63,467 bases of DNA, from the IMG/VR virus record IMGVR_UViG_3300037047_000283, positions 1 through 63,467 of that record; one strand, 5' to 3'. This document shows, piece by piece, positions 56,521 to 63,467 of this stretch; positions within the stretch are counted from its first letter, which is position 1, and each line of letters begins with the position of its first letter. Both the position numbers and the translations under genes were made by a program. This DNA is from a virus (taxonomy: Duplodnaviria; Caudoviricetes). The notes below the pieces were generated by a model. That model did not search any database and was not told the DNA's origin. It was given only the letters and a program-made list of their open reading frames with translations.

Positions 56521-57984
56521 CTATTTAGCCTTCGCCTTGCGCTGCTTTTCCACCTCACTGTATGGCGTCGTGGTGCCGTCCGGGTTCAGTAGTTTCGGCT
56601 CCTCTTGGCAGTATTCAAAATACCTTAGGAGGCTTGACTGGAGGTAGTGAGGTGACAATTCCATGCCGCGTCCCTTCCTCCCCATTTTCCGGCAAGCGAC
56701 TACCATCGTCCCGCTTCCAGAGAACAGGTCGAGCACAATCGCTCCGGGTCTGCTGCTGGCGTAGATGCTTCGCTCAAACAGGCGCACAGGTTTAACCGTC
56801 GGGTGCCATATGTTCTTGGAGGGCTTGTCTACTCGAATGACCGTGCTCGGTACGCGCTGACGCAATTCGTTTACCAGCGTCTGGAGCTGCTTCTTGTCCA
56901 TCTTGCTGATATCAACATCATCATCGATTACTGTTGTGAGCGTATGGTCCCCGGAGAAGTAATGGGCAGATCCGGCCTTCCAACCATAGAGGCACCCTTC
57001 ATGCATGGCGTTGAAATCCGAACGGCATAGGGTGGCGCTGCTTTTTACCCAGATCAGTGTCGCTTTATTCAGTAGGTTTTTTGTCTCTGCGATTGCGTCT
57101 CGGAATACCTTCCCCAGTTCGCCTCCGTCTGCGTGCCAGCAATACCAGCATGCTCCGGGCTTGAGTGCGTATTCCATAACGGCGAATGCTGCCTTGAGGA
57201 ATTCCAGTAGAGCCGTCGGCTTCAGGTCGTCGTTCTCAATCTTCCCAGCTTTCGCCTCGTAGGCTATCCCGTAGGGCGGGTCAGTGACGCAGAGGTCTAC
57301 CTTCTCCCCCATGAGTAACTTGTCGACGTCGGCAATGCTGGTGCTATCTCCGCAGAGGATTCGACTCTCTCCGCAGAGCCACAAGTCCCCCAGCCGCACG
57401 AACGGTTCCTCGACCGGTTCCACGACGGCATCCTCGTCCCCTGTCGGCTCCGGCTTGTTCAGTCCCAGCAGCTCATCGATCTCCGCCTGATCAAACCCGG
57501 TCAGGTTCATGTCGTAGCCGGTCTCGACCAGCTCCTGCATGAGTTGCGCAAGGAGGTCATCGTCGAACTCTCCGCCGTGCTTGTTGGCGGCGATGTTGGC
57601 GGCCTTCTCCTTCTGCTCTGTCCAGTCGACTTCCCGGTAGTTGAAGCGACCGTCCGGCGTCTCGATGTAGCCGCTGGCGACGGTCCCGGTGGGATCGGTG
57701 ATCGCCTCCTTGATGATCGGCCAGCTCAGGTCGAGGTTCTTGACTCGCTGATGGCCACCGACGAGTCGCCCGGTGCGGACGTTGAACACGACGCCACCGA
57801 GGTCTCCGAACTCCTTGAGGGCATCGCGGAGCATCTTGAGCTTCTCTGCGGTGATGAACCGAGGATTGTACCCCGCCGGGCGGAGGTCGGCGATACTGGC
57901 GACGTCCCGGATCTCTTTTGCCGGCGTGGATGTGTTCTCGATGGTCTTGTCCGGGTTGCGTTGGGCCTTCTTCTTCGGTGGCAT
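56521..57984 (-). CDS. ParB-like domain fused to N6/N4 DNA methyltransferase
   Basis: PAGYNPR..GGHQR (ParB); DPPY, HPTVKP, DLFSGSG (beta-class MTase). Confidence 0.9.
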   Translation of the reverse strand: MPPKKKAQRNPDKTIENTSTPAKEIRDVASIADLRPAGYNPRFITAEKLKMLRDALKEFGDLGGVVFNVRTGRLVGGHQRVKNLDLSWPIIKEAITDPTGTVASGYIETPDGRFNYREVDWTEQKEKAANIAANKHGGEFDDDLLAQLMQELVETGYDMNLTGFDQAEIDELLGLNKPEPTGDEDAVVEPVEEPFVRLGDLWLCGESRILCGDSTSIADVDKLLMGEKVDLCVTDPPYGIAYEAKAGKIENDDLKPTALLEFLKAAFAVMEYALKPGACWYCWHADGGELGKVFRDAIAETKNLLNKATLIWVKSSATLCRSDFNAMHEGCLYGWKAGSAHYFSGDHTLTTVIDDDVDISKMDKKQLQTLVNELRQRVPSTVIRVDKPSKNIWHPTVKPVRLFERSIYASSRPGAIVLDLFSGSGTMVVACRKMGRKGRGMELSPHYLQSSLLRYFEYCQEEPKLLNPDGTTTPYSEVEKQRKAKAK

Positions 57985-57986
57985 GG

Positions 57987-58319
57987 CTATCCCTTTGTCC
58001 TCTCAAAATCCTGCTGAATGATTGATTTGCTCTGTTGTGTCTCCACCTCATCTCCAGCTACACCGAGGATCGCGTATCCAGCCTTGTCGCGCCAAGGTGA
58101 CTCGCAGAAGGCGTCCTTTCGGGTTGCGATTCGCATGGACTTGTCAAAGTCACGAATGAGACCGAGAGCATCGCGGTACTGTTCCGGTTTGATCCCATTG
58201 GGGTAAAGCAGCTTCAGGTATTCTCCGCTCTTCATGAAGGAGTCGCCGTAGGCTTTGTTCTTCTCGGTGACAAGGGCGCCGATCTCTCTACCTATGCGAT
58301 CAAATGTACTTTCCTGCAT
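57987..58319 (-). CDS. nucleotide-modification-associated (Nmad1/DUF1599-like) protein
   Basis: KNKAYGDSF..R..DK..R..ESPWRD.AGYAIL. Confidence 0.65.
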   Translation of the reverse strand: MQESTFDRIGREIGALVTEKNKAYGDSFMKSGEYLKLLYPNGIKPEQYRDALGLIRDFDKSMRIATRKDAFCESPWRDKAGYAILGVAGDEVETQQSKSIIQQDFERTKG

Positions 58320-58708
58320 CTCTTCTCTCCCTACTTGCTGTGGCAGCCGGCGCATCCGGTCGTTGCCTGCGTCTGAATCTGCTCTGGCGTCAGTGTTGTC
58401 GTTGTGCCGATTCTTCCGTCCGGGCCGACGACGACTCCGGTCGCCGCCAGTTCGATTCCCGGTGTGGTCCCATCCAAGAATCGTCCGATTTGCTTCTCGA
58501 AGACCGTGGCCGCTATCAGCAGCGTGGCGATCATCGCTATGATGATTGTCGGTCTATCCATTGTCGCGGTCCTTCTGCTTCGTTGCCTTGGCGCTGAACC
58601 ACTCGGCGCCGCAGTCGGTACAGCGGTACAGCGGGTCACCGGGGTTGCAGGTGTCGAGCGGGTGATCGTTGGATATCTTCTTGGCCTTGCCGTCGCAGAC
58701 GAAGCAGG

Positions 58709-59359
58709 TCATGGGTGGCATCCCCTTCCGCCTTCCGGGCAGGCTCCGCGTGTGCATCCCGGTCCGGCGTCTGCGAATAATGCAGGAGCAATGCGCCTGC
58801 ATGCGTTGAGCATAAGGTTGGCCATCTCCCGTATCTCCCACTGCGCCTGTTCGCAGCAGCGCAGCGCAAAGAAGTGCCGCAGCTCTCTGGCGTTCATCGT
58901 GAGCACCAGCTTGGTTTCGGCAGCGTTCGGGAGGACGAAGCGGGCGTCTTCGGCAGGGATGCCCATATCCGTAAAATCTCGGTATGCCATGACCGCTTCC
59001 GTGATGGCCTTTTGAAATCTTGCCGCTGCTGCCGGGTTTGACCTGATGGTATCCGGCATGATGATGCTGGGGACTTGGCCGACATACCGCTGGCTTTGCT
59101 GGCTGTAGCTGGCGACCCGGTGCCGCACCAGCTGATGCGAGCAGGCCCGGCTGATCCCTCCGATGCCGAAGGTAAAGTTGGCGTGTTCTGTCACCGACTC
59201 GTGCCCCATGCCGAGGACTTTCCGCAGCAGGAGGATGTCGCTGTCGGTCGTCGTTCCGTGGACGATCGCTTCCGGCATCCCGGCGCTGTAGCACATCCTT
59301 GCAGCATAGGCGCAGACGGCTTCCGGGTCCGGGGTGTGGGTGATTAGTGCGACGTGCAT
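58709..59359 (-). CDS. thyX: FAD-dependent thymidylate synthase
   Basis: GHESVTEH, SRACSHQLVRHR.ASYSQQSQRY, EDARFVLP, AQWEIR. Confidence 0.95.
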   Translation of the reverse strand: MHVALITHTPDPEAVCAYAARMCYSAGMPEAIVHGTTTDSDILLLRKVLGMGHESVTEHANFTFGIGGISRACSHQLVRHRVASYSQQSQRYVGQVPSIIMPDTIRSNPAAAARFQKAITEAVMAYRDFTDMGIPAEDARFVLPNAAETKLVLTMNARELRHFFALRCCEQAQWEIREMANLMLNACRRIAPALFADAGPGCTRGACPEGGRGCHP

Positions 59360-59547
59360 GCGCTCTCCTCGAATAGTGTCATCTGGCCTTCGTAGGCTCT
59401 GGCCCGGCGCTTCCTGTCGGCTCTGGCTGCTCCGAGTATCTTGCGGAGGCATGTCTTGCCGATGCCGATCTGGATCGACTCCGGGTCTTTCAACTTTCGG
59501 TTGCAGCGCCGGCAGCGGGTTGTTTCGTTCTTCCCTGTCAGCTTCAT
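59344..59547 (-). CDS. DUF6011-like Zn-finger protein
   Basis: CRRCNRKLKDPESIQIGIGKTC. Confidence 0.7.
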   Translation of the reverse strand: MKLTGKNETTRCRRCNRKLKDPESIQIGIGKTCLRKILGAARADRKRRARAYEGQMTLFEESACTSH

Positions 59548-59708
59548 CCTTCGCCCACTATGGTCTTGTCCCGGCGGTAGCCCGGCACGCTCGGTACCCG
59601 GTCGGAGACGGCCTTGCACTTCTCGCACTCCGTTTGAATGTGCGTCATCGGTGCGTATTCTTCTTGCCGGTGGCAGCAGGCCCGGCACTCGTAGGTATAG
59701 ATCGGCAT
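59544..59708 (-). CDS. FmdB-family zinc ribbon protein
   Basis: MPIYTYECRAC..CEKC..RVPS. Confidence 0.75.
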   Translation of the reverse strand: MPIYTYECRACCHRQEEYAPMTHIQTECEKCKAVSDRVPSVPGYRRDKTIVGEG

Positions 59709-60295
59709 TACCCTTTGATCTCCCCGTAAATTCGCAGGACGCTGTCGGCATACCGGACTGCTGCTTTCCCTTGCCCGTTGTAGCGGATCAATGCCGCTCT
59801 CAGGCTGCCGTGTGTCGCTATCAGCTCTCGGATGACTCTCTCTGCTTGTGCCGCCTGTCCGAAGACGTCCGACGGGACGTGGCCCCAATACTTCGCACGC
59901 ACCTGCCATGCGCCCTGCTCTCCCGCTTTCCCTCGTGGCGCCCAAGGATTGCCATTGCTTTCACGGGTCGCGATCGCTGCCAGCAGGAAAGGATCGGCGC
60001 CTGCCTCGACGCACGCTGCGGCGATATCGGCGGAGCCGATAGACTTCTTTGCGTTGAGGTAGGCGCTGATCCTTGACTCGATGCTCTTGCTCTTCTCTTC
60101 TGTTTCCTTCTTCGTGGATTCAATCGTCTCTATCTGCGAGCGTATGCTGTCGAGTTCTCTTTGCGTGTCCCTGAGTTTGACTGCGAAGATGACGATCACG
60201 ATTAGCCAGACGATGATACCGATGATGATGGTGTCGAGTAGTCGGTTTATGGTCTCTTTGTAGTGATTCAAGGTTTCCTCCGTATAAAATTTCAA
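59708..60295 (-). CDS. membrane-anchored lytic transglycosylase (SLT domain)
   Basis: TM helix; LLAAIATRESNGNP.A..GE.GAWQV..ALIRYNG. Confidence 0.8.
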   Translation of the reverse strand: MKFYTEETLNHYKETINRLLDTIIIGIIVWLIVIVIFAVKLRDTQRELDSIRSQIETIESTKKETEEKSKSIESRISAYLNAKKSIGSADIAAACVEAGADPFLLAAIATRESNGNPWAPRGKAGEQGAWQVRAKYWGHVPSDVFGQAAQAERVIRELIATHGSLRAALIRYNGQGKAAVRYADSVLRIYGEIKG

Positions 60296-61726
60296 GGTTT
60301 CCTCCGTATCGTGATTTCGAGGCCGTCGAGGCCGGGGACGAGGTGTGGCATGTTCGGGTCTCTCCCCATCGTCAGCCAGCGCTTGTGCTGCCGCTTGTGT
60401 AGGTCACAGACAAGGTGGCTCTTGCCTTCGACTTCGATCTTCTGCCCGTCCCATGCCCGGTGACCGCATCTCTGGACAGCACAGAGTGGGGGGAATACCG
60501 GGTGATGGCCTGCGGTCGCTGTGTCGTTCCGCTCGTAGACGATTTGTCCCCGGTTGATCCTTGCGCTGCACTGGATACAGGCGTATTCGACTCCCTTGTG
60601 GGTGACTCGCGGGTGGACCGCCAGAACGATGTGCGTCAGCATCAGCGTGCCGCCGCAGACGGAGCAGGTGCGGCAGGTCAGGCACTTGCGGACTCCGTAG
60701 CGCTTGCACCATTGACGATCGGCGTTGATGCACTCCGGGTGGATGCCGTCCTTGAACGACATCCGGGCGTAACGCTGCCGCTCCCGTGGCCCTAACGGGT
60801 CATCGTTTGAGCCATTGGTTGAATCGGTCGACAAGGGCGGTGAACTCCTCACGGTTGATGTCTTTGCAGCTGGCGACGTTAAGGAGTTGCTTGAACTTTT
60901 CCTTGCAAGTCGTTTCGCAGCCTATGGAATGTGACGGCGGCAGGCGTGAACTTAGAAATTCCCAGAACCGTTCGTTGCGGAAGAATCCGACGTGCAGCCC
61001 CTTGATCTCCTGTGGCGTCAGGGGACAGTCGTTCAGTTTCTTCGCTGGCTCCGGAGCGGCGTTGTATGGGCGAAGGGTCATGGTGATATTGGTGTCTGGG
61101 AGGGCGGTGATCATCGGACCGATGCTCGCCTGTTGCTCGAAGCAGGTCTCGAAAGAGAGGAAGAACTTTTTGGCTTTATGGGGAACGTCGACGACGAAGG
61201 CCGGGGAAATAGTGATGTTGACCTCGCCTTTGATCTCGATTTCAATCTGGCTGTCTATCAGACCGGTGAGCTGCGAGGGTAGTTCGTTCTCGGTGGGGAT
61301 TTCGACGAGGCAGCGCCATGCCTTCTGCGACCTCATCCATTTGCGTTCAACGAATCGGCAAGGAATAACTAAATCTTTCGATATAGGGAACACTTGAGCC
61401 ATGCGTTTACCGCTTTCTATGGACTGAGCAGCGGCAGGGGCAGCGGCATCGACTCCAGCCACATCCCCTGCCACCGCTCGTTTTGGTTATTGGCAGGTTT
61501 TGACGGTACAGGTCGGGCAGATGAATGCTTCGATCATCGCCTCTTGCACGTTGTTTTGCTCTTGGTAAATAGTCTCTTCAAGATCCAGCCACTTGCTGCG
61601 CTGGTCGTTGTTCAGTGTTGCGAGAAGCTCTTGTTCGGCTCTATGCCGTTGCGGTTTGCTCTTTTCCCTTCCGGCTTCCGCTGCTGCTGACAACTGGTCC
61701 ATGTCCTTCTTTACGCACGTCCCCAT
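60292..61726 (-). CDS. three hypothetical genes (60292-~60762, 60800-~61402, 61487-61726)
   Basis: Consecutive minus-strand ORFs. Confidence 0.5.
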
Positions 61727-62033
61727 TCCCTCTTCCTCCTAATTTTCGACCAAATTTCCCGCCGACCTGCATGCTTTCTAGTGCGGCGAGGATATGTGAC
61801 AACATAAATTTATTAGGCTTCCCCGGTATATGCGGGAGCATCTTGCGCCGGCAGAGCCGAGTGATGTGCGTTTCGCTCCATCCGGTCATGCGGGAGACGT
61901 CAGCCGTATCGAATAGCAGCTGACCGACGCCAAGGAAAAGGTTTAGACGCTCCTCAGCTTCCGGATCAGACAAAATGAAGGCGGTGATCTTTGCCTTAAG
62001 CTGTTCTGTCATGTCAAGCCTTTTCAATCTCAT
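61641..62033 (-). CDS. excisionase-like HTH protein
   Basis: LFDTADVSRMTGWSETHITRLCRRKMLPH (HTH_17-like), divergent from integrase. Confidence 0.6.
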   Translation of the reverse strand: MRLKRLDMTEQLKAKITAFILSDPEAEERLNLFLGVGQLLFDTADVSRMTGWSETHITRLCRRKMLPHIPGKPNKFMLSHILAALESMQVGGKFGRKLGGRGNGDVRKEGHGPVVSSSGSRKGKEQTATA

Positions 62034-62214
62034 CTATTAGGCCGTCACGACGGAGGGCCGCGACATACGAAGTCACGACCGGGCCATTGCTGGTCCATTG
62101 TCCCCGCAGGAACATTTTAAACGTATTTAAGTTAAACTTATTGGCGCGGGCGTATCCGGCGATGGAGTACCCGCGTTCAAGTAAATTCTGTTTTGTGAGT
62201 TTGACGTTGACCAT
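62014..62214 (-). CDS. Cro/Ner-like small HTH regulator
   Basis: GYSIAGYARAN..LNTFKMFLRG; first gene behind the promoter at 62246-62274. Confidence 0.55.
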   Translation of the reverse strand: MVNVKLTKQNLLERGYSIAGYARANKFNLNTFKMFLRGQWTSNGPVVTSYVAALRRDGLIDEIEKA

Positions 62215-62245
62215 GTTCTTGCCCTTTCGGTATATTTACGAATTG

Positions 62246-62274
62246 ATAGTAACTGCTCCTGTTCCCCATGTCAA
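62246..62274 (-). promoter_or_regulatory. sigma70-type promoter with conserved motif
   Basis: TTGACA-TGGGGAAC(17-nt spacer)-TACTAT. Confidence 0.7.
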
Positions 62275-62282
62275 AGGTTTTT

Positions 62283-63467
62283 ATGGCAAAAATTTACGAG
62301 CACAAACATCACGGTCTTCAGCTGCGTTTCACCATTTATTTCCCGGAGGGGAAGGTCGTCCGGTATCGGTTCAGCCGGTCTCGTGACGAGATGTATTCCA
62401 TGCATCGGGCTGCTGAGACGCTAGAGATTGCCACTCGCCGCTGTGATGCTTCCTTCCGTGAGGTTGAAGTTGCCGTCAATCTAGGCCTGATTTCCAGTTC
62501 GGAGGCTGCGCTGTTGACGGGAGGGAAACGGTCCTCGTCTTACGATCTCGATCTGATCATTGAACGGTGGACCGTCTCTGACTCTCTGGTCAATTCTCCT
62601 TATGGCCATGAGGTCAATATGCGGCGAGGTAAGCGCCTGCGTCTCTGGCTGGAATCGAACCCGATCCCGAAGATCGACGAGGCCGACGTGAAGCGTTACA
62701 TCCAGCGGCGCCGTGACGGGCTACTGACCTACCCCCATCCCCGGACCGGCATCACCGTTGTCGGCTGCTCGACGAAGACCATCACCAATGAGTTGCAGAT
62801 TCTTCGCTCGATCATAGATGAGGCCGTGAAGCTGAAAATGGTCGACGTGAATGTTGCCCGCACTGTTGACCTCCCGGTGAAGAAGTCAAAGTTTCGCCGC
62901 TCCATGTCGATGGACGAAGTCTCTGCTCTTCTGGAGGCCGCCCGGCAGTCGAGTCATCTCTGTCATGGATATGCGGTCGAGGTCTTGTCCTGTGCTGTTT
63001 ATGCCGGTCTGCGGCGCTCGGAGATTCGCACTCTGCAGTGGCGAGACATCGACTTCGACAACGGTCGGATTCGGATTGTGCAGAAGGCCGTCCCCGGAGA
63101 GGAGGATTTTATTCCGAAGGGGGGGAATGCCGGTGTGACGACGATGCCGGATCGTCTTGCCGAGATTCTCGGAAAACTGGAGCGCAAGGGGGATTGGGTC
63201 TTCGGTGGCGAGAAACCTCTGGTCCTCACCGCCTTCTGGCAACTCTTCAAGGAGGTGGCATCCCGTGCTGGGCTTCCATCCGATCTGTCCTTGCATCATG
63301 CTCGTCACACCTACGGGTCTTGGCTGCTCCGCATGACCGGCGATCTGTCGTATGTCCAATCCGAGATGCGCCACACCGATATCAACACGACCCGGAATTA
63401 CATGCACACGACCGCCTCAGAAAAGCCCGCCCGGCTGCTCGATTTCGGAGACAAAAAAAAGGATTAA
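62283..63467 (+). CDS. int: tyrosine recombinase / phage integrase
   Basis: GLRRSE (R), HHARH (H-x-x-R), MRH, RNY catalytic set. Confidence 0.9.
   Translation: MAKIYEHKHHGLQLRFTIYFPEGKVVRYRFSRSRDEMYSMHRAAETLEIATRRCDASFREVEVAVNLGLISSSEAALLTGGKRSSSYDLDLIIERWTVSDSLVNSPYGHEVNMRRGKRLRLWLESNPIPKIDEADVKRYIQRRRDGLLTYPHPRTGITVVGCSTKTITNELQILRSIIDEAVKLKMVDVNVARTVDLPVKKSKFRRSMSMDEVSALLEAARQSSHLCHGYAVEVLSCAVYAGLRRSEIRTLQWRDIDFDNGRIRIVQKAVPGEEDFIPKGGNAGVTTMPDRLAEILGKLERKGDWVFGGEKPLVLTAFWQLFKEVASRAGLPSDLSLHHARHTYGSWLLRMTGDLSYVQSEMRHTDINTTRNYMHTTASEKPARLLDFGDKKKD

Noticed and set aside
62283-63467. Integrase as the integron integrase (IntI) serving the cassettes
   Set aside because: I cannot see the IntI-specific insertion between the catalytic patches. 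It lies over 23 kb from the array, next to excisionase-like HTH genes, so it fits an ordinary phage integrase; an intI HMM would settle it.
1-63467. tRNA/rRNA genes, diversity-generating retroelement, IS transposase
   Set aside because: No cloverleaf with T-loop consensus, reverse transcriptase or DDE transposase was recognised by eye; a tRNAscan run could still find something I missed

Overview
This window is most of a GC-rich temperate myovirus (phage or prophage). On the minus strand, read right to left, are nucleotide/DNA-modification genes (thyX, ParB-methyltransferase, MazG-like), small and large terminase, portal, a MuF-toxin fusion, several large multidomain head-associated proteins, prohead protease, scaffold, major capsid, neck, sheath, tube, chaperones, tape measure and baseplate. 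A tyrosine integrase closes the window. Two plus-strand islands of small genes (about 18.4-20.4 kb and 29.0-40.9 kb) interrupt the head operon. Four observations stand out. (1) Eight integron-type gene cassettes with attC hairpins and complementary cassette ends lie in two arrays. Both arrays end in the same attI-like site, the genes are inverted relative to canonical cassettes, and no IntI is present in the window. (2) An ~88-nt leader element occurs 5 times (plus one partial copy) in front of island genes and has a hairpin with compensatory base changes. (3) A shared K[SA]H[VI]xxYxR..G..V..H[DE]DxR peptide tags four large head-region proteins whose cargo includes ddrB-ParB, GNAT, an RNase-toxin-like domain and a sigma-factor-like domain. 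(4) A 14-bp asymmetric motif overlaps the -35 box of several promoters. All protein family calls come from motif recognition by eye, not from database searches.
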